DNA of 64,000 bases from an archaeon (GTDB taxonomy: Archaea > Nanobdellota > Nanobdellia > SCGC-AAA011-G17 > GW2011-AR17). The DNA is taken from positions 4,329 to 68,328 of the forward strand of contig JABHYY010000021.1 in assembly GCA_018653605.1 (NCBI GenBank), given 5' to 3'. Position 1 is the stretch's first letter; each line of letters opens with the position of its first letter. The notes beneath the pieces are model-generated. The model did not search any database. It saw only the letters and a list, made by a program, of their open reading frames with translations, and had not been told where the DNA came from. A program made the translations under genes and the position numbers. Positions 27,259 to 36,543 of this stretch are shown here, in pieces.

Positions 27259-27325
27259 TGTATATACACTTTATATATTTATTTTTAGTAAGCTTTATAT
27301 AGCTGTTGTATATACACTGTATATA
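27259..27325 (+). promoter_or_regulatory. TGTATATACA palindromes, putative RHH autoregulatory operator
   Basis: Perfect copies at 27259-27268 and 27307-27316, partial copy at 27318, directly before the RHH gene. Confidence 0.5.
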
Positions 27326-27528
27326 TGAAACTAATGACTTTTAAAATATCTGAAAGTTTACTTGAAGAGATGGATAAGATTAGCAAAGAACATCATTTCT
27401 CAAATAGAACAGAATTTATTAGAAATGCTATTCGAGAAAAGATTGAAAGGTGTAAAACTGTTAATTACATTTCAAAGCATAAACCAAAGATAAAAAAGAA
27501 AAAAGAAATAATAGATTATACAGGTTAA
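27325..27528 (+). CDS. CopG/NikR-like ribbon-helix-helix protein
   Basis: MKLMTFKISESLLEEMD...NRTEFIRNAIRE pattern. Confidence 0.85.
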   Translation: MKLMTFKISESLLEEMDKISKEHHFSNRTEFIRNAIREKIERCKTVNYISKHKPKIKKKKEIIDYTG

Positions 27529-27872
27529 TCTTCCCAGTCAACAAAGTCGAAGATAAATGGCCTACAACTTCCAAGGCTTCTAATCTGGAATTGAATTAAT
27601 TGTTCTTGTCCAACTTCATAGCCAGTAAGTCCTGTATCGTGTGTAAAATTCATGTCACTATACATTTCATATACAGCTAATTGGTTTTCATCTCCAATTA
27701 AACTTTCCTTTTCAAAAGTAAAATGGACTTCTGTTCCATCAACTTCAGTGACTGTTATTGTTGCAGTGTAAATATCTGGATAGTATTCGCAAGGTCCACC
27801 TATTGTACCACTATCACAACCAGAGACTAATACTGCGATTAGTAGTCCAAGTATTAAAATTGTGTATTTCAT
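27525..27872 (-). CDS. lipoprotein
   Basis: MKY plus hydrophobic stretch plus LVSGC lipobox. Confidence 0.75.
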   Translation of the reverse strand: MKYTILILGLLIAVLVSGCDSGTIGGPCEYYPDIYTATITVTEVDGTEVHFTFEKESLIGDENQLAVYEMYSDMNFTHDTGLTGYEVGQEQLIQFQIRSLGSCRPFIFDFVDWED

Positions 27873-27955
27873 ACAAAAAAAGAAGATTAAATATTATATA
27901 AAGTGTTTTATAGGTTTAAATCAAATTGAAGTTTAAATTAAAAAAAGAAAAAAGA

Positions 27956-29023
27956 CTAAACAAAGTCTATTCCAAAGTTTCTGCTCATGTTTTGAGTTTT
28001 TTTAGCATCGATTTCTCCACCAAGAACATAAGGTGAATTTACTCCAGTTACAATTGTCATAACTCTGATTCTGCCCTTCATGTCACCTGCAATTCTTGCA
28101 CCCCAAATAACATTTGCATCAGCGTCAAGTGCTTCTGTAATAATGTCACCAACTTGGTTAACTTCATCTAAAGTCAAGTCATCTCCACCAGCTACATGGA
28201 TCAATGCTCCTGTTGCACCATCGTAAGAAACTTCTAGCAAGGGATTGCTTAGTGCTCTCTTTACTGCTTCTTCAACTCTGTTTTGTGAGTCAGATTCGCC
28301 TATTCCAATAACTGAAACATCGCCATTTGTCATGATTGCTTTTACATCTGCGTAGTCCAAGTTAACTAATGATGGAACTGCAATAATTTCTACAATACCT
28401 TTAATCATTGTTGAGATAAGTTCGTTTGCAACTGCAAATGCTTGTTGGATTGGTAAGTTTCCTGCAATTTCAACTAATCTGTTGTTGTCAATAACAATTA
28501 CTGTGTCACAAACTGTTCTTAATTGTTCTAGGCCAAATTCAGCTTTTTCAATTCTTGCCCTTTCAATTTCAAAAGGCATTGTTACTGCGCCGATTACAAT
28601 TGCGCCTGATTCTTTTGCCATTTGTGCGATAACTGGTGCTGCACCTGTACCTGTTCCACCACCCATACCAGCTGTTACAAATACCATGTCAGTATTTCTT
28701 AAGAATTCTTTAATTTCGCCAATCTGTTCTTTTGCTGCTTCCCTTCCTTTTTCTGGGAATCCTCCACAGCCAAGACCTCTTGTCAAATCTCTTCCAATCA
28801 AAGCTTTTTTGTCAGCTTCGATAAGATCTAAGTGTTGTTTATCAGTGTTAACAGCTACAATTTCTGCACCCTGTACACCTTTTTTGAATAACCAGTTGAT
28901 AGCATTACCTCCGCCACCACCTACACCGATTACTTTAATATTAGCTTGTCCTACTTGGACTTCTTCTGTCTGTTGTTCTGTATTTTTTAACGCATCCTCA
29001 ATTAGTGATCCAAAAACATTCAT
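27956..29023 (-). CDS. ftsZ: cell division protein FtsZ (probably FtsZ2 type)
   Basis: GVGGGGGN, NTDKQHL, GMGGGTGTG and NLDYAD motifs. Confidence 0.97.
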   Translation of the reverse strand: MNVFGSLIEDALKNTEQQTEEVQVGQANIKVIGVGGGGGNAINWLFKKGVQGAEIVAVNTDKQHLDLIEADKKALIGRDLTRGLGCGGFPEKGREAAKEQIGEIKEFLRNTDMVFVTAGMGGGTGTGAAPVIAQMAKESGAIVIGAVTMPFEIERARIEKAEFGLEQLRTVCDTVIVIDNNRLVEIAGNLPIQQAFAVANELISTMIKGIVEIIAVPSLVNLDYADVKAIMTNGDVSVIGIGESDSQNRVEEAVKRALSNPLLEVSYDGATGALIHVAGGDDLTLDEVNQVGDIITEALDADANVIWGARIAGDMKGRIRVMTIVTGVNSPYVLGGEIDAKKTQNMSRNFGIDFV

Positions 29024-29296
29024 TTTTTTATTTCCTCCATTTTATTAGAATACTACATAGTATTAATTAACTAATTTATAAGAATTATTGTTTGGTAAAA
29101 GTGATTACATGGCAATGTTGATGTTTTCTAGGTGTTCCAGTTCATCACTTTCTTCTTCTCTTTGCAACTGTTGGTTAATTAAATACCTCTTTAATTTTTT
29201 ACTCATTGGCTTTTAGAGAGGTGTTTGGTTTTTAAATATTTGTGTTTTTTGAAGTTTGTTTTAGAAGGTTTATTATTTTTTTAGAAGGGTGTTTTG

Positions 29297-29677
29297 TTAA
29301 GCTGACTGCTGTGTTAGCTGTTGTTTTTCTGCTTGTGAGTAAAGCTGTTCTACTTTTGTTCTGTAAGGTGTTAAGGCTTCTTCAGTGTCTGCCATTAAAA
29401 CTGTAATTAAGGTTCCATTTACTAAAGCTAGAGGACCTCTCTTAAGCACCTTAGAACTTGAAACTGCTGTTACACCACCTGTTAAATGATATATTCTATT
29501 TATACTGTCCAACACACTTCCTTGAATTCCTGTTATTTCAGACAAATCTGCTGAAGTTTGAATTTCTAAAGGACTCTCTCTAGAATTATGTTCACAGAAG
29601 TAATCATATAATGCACCCTCTAATTCTGCATAAACAGGAGGGATTAATTCTTCTACTTTGAAAATTTTTTCTGCCAT
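29297..29677 (-). CDS. hypothetical protein
   Basis: 126-aa ORF. Confidence 0.6.
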   Translation of the reverse strand: MAEKIFKVEELIPPVYAELEGALYDYFCEHNSRESPLEIQTSADLSEITGIQGSVLDSINRIYHLTGGVTAVSSSKVLKRGPLALVNGTLITVLMADTEEALTPYRTKVEQLYSQAEKQQLTQQSA

Positions 29678-29765
29678 AGTTTTGAATTTTTAGTTTGTAT
29701 TTATAAAGTTTGTGTAGGGTGTTTTTTGCACATATTTTAAATAATATTAAACTTCTAAGTTCTTT

Positions 29766-30800
29766 ATGAAAAATTTAAGAGTTATTGAAGCCTCTGGTAG
29801 CAATTATGAAATTGGCTTTAAAATAGGTAAAGAAACTAAAGAAGAAATTAAAAAAGTTTTAGAAACTACTGGATATGTTAATTTGTCTGAAACATATGAG
29901 ATTAAGATAGCTTATAAAAATTTCTTATCTATTCTCAAAAAAAAATTCCCAAAATATATCGAAGAATTGCAAGGGATGGCTGATGGTGCTGAAGTAGAGT
30001 TTAGAACACTGATGAAACTAAACCTTCCTGAATTAAAAAAAATATTTAAAACATCTGATTCAGAACATGATCAATGTACAACTTTTGTTTTAAAGGACAA
30101 AGATAGAGTTTTTATTGCTCATAATGAAGATGGACCTTTTACTGCTGATATTTTTTTACTTAAAGTTAAACTTCCTTCAGAAATTCAAGTTCTAACTGTT
30201 TGTTATTATGGAGTTTTAATGGGATTTTCTGCAACAATGACCTCAAAAGGCCTTTTTTATGTTTGTAATGCTTTAACTTGTAATGATTTTAAAAATGAAG
30301 GAATCCCAAAAAGATTTATTACAAGATCAGCAGTAGAATCAACAAGCTTTGAAAGTTTTGTTAAAACAGTTACAACAGTGGAAAGATCAGCAGGACAAAA
30401 TTATATTGTTTATCATAAAGAGAAAGTTTATGATGTTGAAGTTTCTGGAACAAACTATCTTATAAAAGAAATCCAGGATAAATTTTGTCATGCAAACCAT
30501 TTTATCCTTAGTGAAATGGAAAAGTATGAAGGGAAAAAAGAGAAAAATGTTGGGAGTTTTTTAAGATATAAGGTTGCTACTGAAGGATTAAATTTGTCAA
30601 AAAATGAAAAAGATTTTATACAAATTCTTTCATCTCATCAGAACAGACCCTCTTGTTTATGTTCACATGGAAAAGAAACTGGAGATTTAAATAAAACTTT
30701 GGGACTAGTTCTTTTTGATAGTTCAAAGAAAAACCAAATAAGTATTAGTAAAGGATTTACTTGTAATGCAAAAATAAAGGATTATTTATTAAATAACTAG
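29766..30800 (+). CDS. peptidase C45 family Ntn-hydrolase/acyltransferase
   Basis: YIEELQGMADGA, QCTTF (nucleophile Cys), AHNED and HANHF motifs. Confidence 0.88.
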   Translation: MKNLRVIEASGSNYEIGFKIGKETKEEIKKVLETTGYVNLSETYEIKIAYKNFLSILKKKFPKYIEELQGMADGAEVEFRTLMKLNLPELKKIFKTSDSEHDQCTTFVLKDKDRVFIAHNEDGPFTADIFLLKVKLPSEIQVLTVCYYGVLMGFSATMTSKGLFYVCNALTCNDFKNEGIPKRFITRSAVESTSFESFVKTVTTVERSAGQNYIVYHKEKVYDVEVSGTNYLIKEIQDKFCHANHFILSEMEKYEGKKEKNVGSFLRYKVATEGLNLSKNEKDFIQILSSHQNRPSCLCSHGKETGDLNKTLGLVLFDSSKKNQISISKGFTCNAKIKDYLLNN

Positions 30801-32111
30801 AGAATCAACTATACCTTCTAATTCTTGAACTTGTCTATCTCTTTCTTTTGCACTTTCTGCAACTGCAACAAATTTTCCTAAAGCTTCACCCTTCTTAACT
30901 TCAGATCCATCTTCAACCATTCCAACAAAAGATCCTTGCTTTCTCTGAAACAAATCTGTTTCATCAGGAATTAAAATTTGAGGATGATTTATTCTACCTG
31001 AACATTGTGCATAAAGTTCTCTTCTTAAAACAAAAATTCCTTGAGGTTCTTCCCAAAGTTTGAAACCGTTAAAGGTTCCATCAAAAATAGCCATTCTCTC
31101 TAAGTCTAAAATAGTAGGATATCTTTCAGGCCTTGTCTGTTCCATTAATAACATTCTTTCTGCTGATGATCCTGCATATCTAGCATTTATCTCACCAAAA
31201 AGAACTCTTTCTTTAGAGTCAATATTGAAATCAAGACTAACATATCCCTTAACCCCTTGTTCTGCTAGAACTCTTCCTGCAACTAAAGCTTGCTTAACAA
31301 CCTCCTCCATTAAATCTTCTGGAACTGAAGAAGGATATACATTTCCTCTACATCCCAAAGGATTTTTTTTATCAAAAATTTGATCCATAATCCCATATGC
31401 AATAACTTCATCTGGGTTTGCTATTATTATATCAATACTAGGAGTAAATGCTAAATCTAGAGATTCTGCTAGAATTAATTTAGTAGTTGGATCGAGAGTT
31501 GCCAAGTAAACTTCAAGTTCTTCTTTACTATTTGATAAATGAGATCTGTGTCCTCCTCCACCAACATCTTGATTTACAAAAACCCCTTTTGATGAAGCAA
31601 CAGTTTCAAAGTGACTTCCTGCTTCTTCAGCAGTGGTTGCAACATATCTTGGTAAAGATAATTGCCCATTAAATAATCTATATTGATTAACTTTGCTATT
31701 GTAGGTTTCTGCTTGTTCAGGAGTTAAACCAAAACACCTCATTCTAGGATCTTCAAATTGAGAAGCAAATGAGGGATGGTTTCTAAATGTTTTAATATCA
31801 AGATGTCCTTGTTCTCTTACAAGAGATTGAAATAATTTTTGTATTCTCTCTGAATTAACAATAGCTTGATAAAATTCTTCATAACTCAAATCTCTTCCTC
31901 TTTTTCTTCTTCCAAGTATTTCTCCAGCTAAATACATAAAATTATCTGGAACCTTGCCAGGTAATTCTCCACAAATGAAAATTGGTTCAAACCCTTCAAG
32001 TAATTGAGGAATTGGTTGTGAATTTGAAAAACCAGCTGATAAGTAAACAAAATACTCTTTATTAGGACTTAATTCTCTTATCCCATCATAAAAAATTTTT
32101 GTCTTATCCAT
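30789..32111 (-). CDS. ATP-grasp ligase (PGM1/L-amino-acid-ligase-like)
   Basis: GGGG loop, GYVSLDF and GEINAR motifs; carboxylase-like C-terminal domain. Confidence 0.8.
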   Translation of the reverse strand: MDKTKIFYDGIRELSPNKEYFVYLSAGFSNSQPIPQLLEGFEPIFICGELPGKVPDNFMYLAGEILGRRKRGRDLSYEEFYQAIVNSERIQKLFQSLVREQGHLDIKTFRNHPSFASQFEDPRMRCFGLTPEQAETYNSKVNQYRLFNGQLSLPRYVATTAEEAGSHFETVASSKGVFVNQDVGGGGHRSHLSNSKEELEVYLATLDPTTKLILAESLDLAFTPSIDIIIANPDEVIAYGIMDQIFDKKNPLGCRGNVYPSSVPEDLMEEVVKQALVAGRVLAEQGVKGYVSLDFNIDSKERVLFGEINARYAGSSAERMLLMEQTRPERYPTILDLERMAIFDGTFNGFKLWEEPQGIFVLRRELYAQCSGRINHPQILIPDETDLFQRKQGSFVGMVEDGSEVKKGEALGKFVAVAESAKERDRQVQELEGIVDSLVI

Positions 32112-33057
32112 TTAAGTGTGTCTCCAATAAATAATTGTATAAATTCTTTGCAAATAAAGAACCTATTCCTTCTAACCTCTCGTAAATTGCAGGATTTATT
32201 AATTCTACTTCAATAATTTGAGGCTTACCCTCTTGGTGAATTAAATCTAATCTCATAACATCAATAGGTGTTTCCCAAACTGCACGAATTTCTCTTCCTA
32301 AAGCAACCTCTTCATCTGTAGGAACATAATGCTCATATTCTTTTCCAGGAAAATAATTTACTCGAATATCGCCACTTAAGGGTTTTTTAACAGCATGAGA
32401 AAAAGTATCTCCTAAAAAAACTAAACTTACTTCTCCATTCTGAACCCCTTTAAGATAAGGTTGTACTAGTAAAGAACCATACCTTTCAAAAGTATCTAGA
32501 AAAATTTGAACTGGCCTGGATTCTACTTTTTCCACACCTCTTCCACTTTCTCCTCCATCCAAGGGTTTAATAACTTCTTCTAACCCATCTCTAATTTGTT
32601 CACCACAAAAAGACCTTATTTCTTTTTCTGATAATAAACTAACAGATTTTGGAATAGGAAAACCCTTTTCTTGTAAAAATAATAAGTATTTTTTAGAAAC
32701 ATTTTCAAGCATTGTTTGAGGACCATTTACAGTAGGAACATCTAAAGTTTGAAGATAATAAAATAATCTTTTTAGAGTACCTAAATTTTCGTTTATACTT
32801 CCAGAACCTAATTGCCTTAAAACAACCAAATCTATCCCTTCTAAAGGAGTGGGCCTAAATAATTTTGTTTCTGAATCATAGGCCATTATTGGTTGGCTAG
32901 AATCCAAAGGAATATCTTCCCAAGGAACAACACTAACTGCAACACCATTAGTAGAAAAATAGTTTGTTATATCTCTTACATCTTCAGCATTTTCTGAGAA
33001 AACATTAGGTAAATTTTCATAGGCTTGTCCAATAAGTAAAATTCTTTTTTGAGACAT
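32104..33057 (-). CDS. ATP-grasp ligase (GshB/DcsG-like, ExE variant)
   Basis: VIKP..GESGRGV, LVQPYL, RLDL and IEVELINP motifs; start at ATG 33057. Confidence 0.83.
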   Translation of the reverse strand: MSQKRILLIGQAYENLPNVFSENAEDVRDITNYFSTNGVAVSVVPWEDIPLDSSQPIMAYDSETKLFRPTPLEGIDLVVLRQLGSGSINENLGTLKRLFYYLQTLDVPTVNGPQTMLENVSKKYLLFLQEKGFPIPKSVSLLSEKEIRSFCGEQIRDGLEEVIKPLDGGESGRGVEKVESRPVQIFLDTFERYGSLLVQPYLKGVQNGEVSLVFLGDTFSHAVKKPLSGDIRVNYFPGKEYEHYVPTDEEVALGREIRAVWETPIDVMRLDLIHQEGKPQIIEVELINPAIYERLEGIGSLFAKNLYNYLLETHLNG

Positions 33058-33058
33058 C

Positions 33059-34012
33059 CTAATGTATAAACCTCTTAACAATTAACTCTGTGGCCATGCT
33101 AATTCTGTCCACCTCTGTTTCATCATAGCTAGGAGAAGGGTTATTTTCAATAATAGCTGGTCCATCTGAAGTGTAAGTTATATCAACTTCATTAAACATT
33201 GCGCCAATGGCTTCAGTTGCTTTTCTAGCTACTTCTATATCATCTGCTTCAGGAGTATATTCTGTCATCTCTGATCCCCGAGCAACACTAGCTAACCAAA
33301 TGTCATCTGAACTTCCACTTGAAATTAATGTTCTTTTATAAGAGAAAGCAAATTCTCCATCAACAATAGCAATTCTGCAATCATGATCTCTTACACTATG
33401 TAAAAACTGCTGAACTACTAATCCAGCATCATAACTTCGTTTATATGTGGGGCTCAACATATGCTGTAAAACATGCTCTAGTTCTCCTTCATCATTTACT
33501 CTTGCTAAGTCCTTTCCTCTACCACCCATATCCCTCTTAACAACAAGAGGGTAACCTACTTCAGCAACAAAAGGAATTACAGCTTTATCATACTCATCTA
33601 AATCTGTTACAAGTAATGATCTTGGATTGAGAACACCAGCTTCATGCATTGTCTCTGAAGCATAAGACTTACTATAATCTGATAAAGTTGTATGAAGAGA
33701 ATTTAAACAAGTCATTCCTAAAGCTTCTAATGATCCTAACATCATTAAAGCTCTCATATTATCTTGCCAATTTCTATTTGCCACACTTGCATAAACTCTG
33801 TTTAAAACTAAACCATAATCTCTCAAAGCTGGAACATCTTTACAAATAAGACCCATTCTTCTTGGATCACTGTGAACTGTAGGAAGAGGTAAACTATCAT
33901 CAATCAAATCTCTAACATCATACAAATCTGCTTTTATTCCTCTGTCTTTGAACTGCCTCTGAAATTCTTCTTCAGCCCATTCTAAATCTTGATGTAAAAT
34001 TGCAATTTTCAT
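33059..34012 (-). CDS. ATP-grasp ligase (RimK/LysX-like)
   Basis: GYPLVVK..GGRGKD, VVQQFL, DCRIAIVDG and IIENNPSP motifs. Confidence 0.88.
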   Translation of the reverse strand: MKIAILHQDLEWAEEEFQRQFKDRGIKADLYDVRDLIDDSLPLPTVHSDPRRMGLICKDVPALRDYGLVLNRVYASVANRNWQDNMRALMMLGSLEALGMTCLNSLHTTLSDYSKSYASETMHEAGVLNPRSLLVTDLDEYDKAVIPFVAEVGYPLVVKRDMGGRGKDLARVNDEGELEHVLQHMLSPTYKRSYDAGLVVQQFLHSVRDHDCRIAIVDGEFAFSYKRTLISSGSSDDIWLASVARGSEMTEYTPEADDIEVARKATEAIGAMFNEVDITYTSDGPAIIENNPSPSYDETEVDRISMATELIVKRFIH

Positions 34013-34046
34013 AATAAAAAATGTTTAAAGTCTCTATTTTTAAAGC

Positions 34047-34874
34047 TTATGCTTCTAATAGATCTAAAGTTTTATCTTTGATATAATAGAAAGGTTCGAT
34101 TGCTGTTCTCTTGATAAAAAGATAGGGTTCTACAATCACTTCGAATAAGAAATTTTCTGTTGTTGTTCTTCTTATTGATGCTCTCTCTACTGCTACTTCT
34201 GCCAAAATTCTTGAAGAATCAATAATAATAAAAGGGGGTTTGTTTAGAACAATTCCAATCTCAGTACATCCCGCAATCACAACTTGTGCTCCCCTTTCTA
34301 ATAATTTTTGTGCTGCATTCTCTAAGAGTAAGTAAGGATAATCATGAAAACCTGCTTTCAAACCTTTCTCTCCATAAATTGATTCCATTATTAGTCCTTC
34401 TTGCTCTTCATCAGAAGGTGTTACTGCAGATAAACCATATTTTTCTAATGCTTTTTCATAAAGGCCTGTGTACATTGTTCCAGTTGTTGCTAAAATACCA
34501 ACACTTGTTACTTCAGGATGATTTTTTACAATATGTTTCACTGTTTCCTCAACCATATTTATTATTGGAATGTCTACTCCTCTCTGAATGGATCTTAAAT
34601 AATAATGAGATGTGTTACAGGGCAAAAGGATGAAATCAGCACCAGCATTTTGTAATGCCCTCGCTGTCCTCTGCAATTCTCGAACAGGACTTTTATCTTG
34701 ACCTAGAATTGCTTTTGTTCTATCAGGAACTTTTGGATTGTTAAAAGTGATCACTCTAAGATGTTCTTGATCTTTTTTAGCTGGAGTTAAGGCTGTTATT
34801 TCAGAACACAATTTATTTGTTGCTTCAGGCCCAAGCCCTCCTAATATTCCAATAACTCTTTCTCTTTTCTTCAT
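34047..34874 (-). CDS. PLP-independent aspartate/glutamate racemase
   Basis: GILGGLGPEAT; two catalytic Cys in PCNTSH and AGCTEI. Confidence 0.93.
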   Translation of the reverse strand: MKKRERVIGILGGLGPEATNKLCSEITALTPAKKDQEHLRVITFNNPKVPDRTKAILGQDKSPVRELQRTARALQNAGADFILLPCNTSHYYLRSIQRGVDIPIINMVEETVKHIVKNHPEVTSVGILATTGTMYTGLYEKALEKYGLSAVTPSDEEQEGLIMESIYGEKGLKAGFHDYPYLLLENAAQKLLERGAQVVIAGCTEIGIVLNKPPFIIIDSSRILAEVAVERASIRRTTTENFLFEVIVEPYLFIKRTAIEPFYYIKDKTLDLLEA

Positions 34875-35022
34875 TTTTACTCAATTAACTCAATTTTAAA
34901 CTTCAAAGAAGTTAATCCACATACCAACCCAACTAGTATTTAAAGTTTATGGAATTACAAGAGATAAATAACAGTAATCAATACAAAAATTACAAAAAAT
35001 AGCAAACAAGAACCCTAAACAA

Positions 35023-35298
35023 TTATGAAGACCTGTGTAATTCTTCTAATTGATCACCATAATTGTGATTAAGAGAAGTGCAAATCTTTTCAACTAGATC
35101 AGAATCATCTCCCTCAATTCTAACCCATACTTGTCCAGGATCACTTAACACACAAATAGATGCATCACATAATCTATAAACTGCACGAGAAGAAGGTCCT
35201 TCAGTAGGATTCAGAACCTTAGCTATACCTCTTATCTGAGAGGCCCATGTGTGTAATGCTCTTCCTTCTAATTCCTTGCAATCATAAAGTATTTCCAT
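35023..35298 (-). CDS. hypothetical protein
   Basis: 91-aa ORF. Confidence 0.55.
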   Translation of the reverse strand: MEILYDCKELEGRALHTWASQIRGIAKVLNPTEGPSSRAVYRLCDASICVLSDPGQVWVRIEGDDSDLVEKICTSLNHNYGDQLEELHRSS

Positions 35299-35334
35299 AA
35301 AAAATAGAATTAAATCTCTCTTTATAAGTTTTAC

Positions 35335-35742
35335 TTAACAACAAACTTCTCTAAGAGTTCTTCTCTCAGGCATGCCAGATTCAGTCCCATACATTACATC
35401 CAAATTTTCAATAGAAGGAGGTATGGAATACCAAAGTCTAGAACGTAAAAGCATATCCTCTTCTGACCTACTAAGCATCTTTCTTAAAACCCAGGGTAAT
35501 CTATAATTACATTCAACTTGTTTGGGACCTTTTGGAAAATTTATCTCTGTCCTACATCTCACCCTATATCCTAATGTATCTCCTGCCCACATCAACCTAT
35601 CTGCCCACATTCTATCATCAGCTGTTTTAGGAGATTCAAGAATTTTCAAATAACTTACTTCAACATCTCCTATAGCACCATGATCTCTAATATAATTAAA
35701 AAAAATACACATATCTTTAATTTTCTTCACCATAAAAAACAA
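35335..35742 (-). CDS. hypothetical protein
   Basis: 135-aa ORF; start may be ATG 35733. Confidence 0.55.
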   Translation of the reverse strand: MFFMVKKIKDMCIFFNYIRDHGAIGDVEVSYLKILESPKTADDRMWADRLMWAGDTLGYRVRCRTEINFPKGPKQVECNYRLPWVLRKMLSRSEEDMLLRSRLWYSIPPSIENLDVMYGTESGMPERRTLREVCC

Positions 35743-35765
35743 AATTAACTCACTCTTTATAAATT

Positions 35766-36281
35766 TTACTTAACAGTTACAACTGCACATTTACAAGGCA
35801 ACTTATGAACAGCTCTTCTCAAAGAATCTCTAACATGAGGAATAGCTGATTTCTCACAGTGTACTGTGAACAATGGTTGTTTAACTTTAACTTGCGCTGC
35901 AATACCTATAGCTTTACCAAAAGCCTTCTGCATACCTGTCTGCATCCTGTCAGCTCCTGCACCTGTAAGCATCTTGTTCTCTCTTAAAACATGGTGAGGG
36001 TAAACTCTAATATGAAAATGATAATTTCTTCCTAAAACTTTGGTTAATTTTCTAACAACTGAAACCCTTGCTGATTCAATTGCATTGTGACGAATTTGAA
36101 TTGCTTGTTTAGAAACTAGATCAACTTGATTTGGAAATTCTTTTTTATGGCTACCTAAGTGATACTTGATAACTTTAGAAACAGGAACTGCTTTAATGTA
36201 ACCTTTTGTCCTGTATTTAGATTTTCTAGTGTAAGCTCTTTTTATTTTTCTATAACATGAAAAAGCTCTTAGATTTGCCAT
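35766..36281 (-). CDS. rpl10e: 50S ribosomal protein uL16 (L10e)
   Basis: QIRHNAIESAR, YPHHVLRENKM..AGADRMQTGM motifs. Confidence 0.96.
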   Translation of the reverse strand: MANLRAFSCYRKIKRAYTRKSKYRTKGYIKAVPVSKVIKYHLGSHKKEFPNQVDLVSKQAIQIRHNAIESARVSVVRKLTKVLGRNYHFHIRVYPHHVLRENKMLTGAGADRMQTGMQKAFGKAIGIAAQVKVKQPLFTVHCEKSAIPHVRDSLRRAVHKLPCKCAVVTVK

Positions 36282-36539
36282 TTATTCCACCTTCACCATT
36301 GTTGCTACTGATTGGCCTGGTAATCCTCTTTCAAAAATTGCTCTTACTGCACCTTTGTTACCATGAACTGCTTTGATTTCACCCTTAATTTCTTTTCCAG
36401 ATGGTGAGGTCCACATAACTTTTTTGCCTAACAATTCTTTAGATTTTTCTCTACTGTCATAACCTTCAACAGTGATAATCATATGATTACCTTTTGTATG
36501 ATGTCTTGCTCTTCTAAAGTTGTTTACCAATCCTTCCAT
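36282..36539 (-). CDS. rpl35ae: 50S ribosomal protein eL33 (L35Ae)
   Basis: NFRRARH, GKKVMW..GEIKAVHGNKGAVRAIF..GLPGQ motifs. Confidence 0.92.
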   Translation of the reverse strand: MEGLVNNFRRARHHTKGNHMIITVEGYDSREKSKELLGKKVMWTSPSGKEIKGEIKAVHGNKGAVRAIFERGLPGQSVATMVKVE

Positions 36540-36543
36540 TTTT

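Noticed and set aside
28482-29048. Long antisense ORFs over ftsZ, SPFH, rpo, rnj and smc genes
   Set aside because: Typical shadows of conserved genes with no independent motifs.
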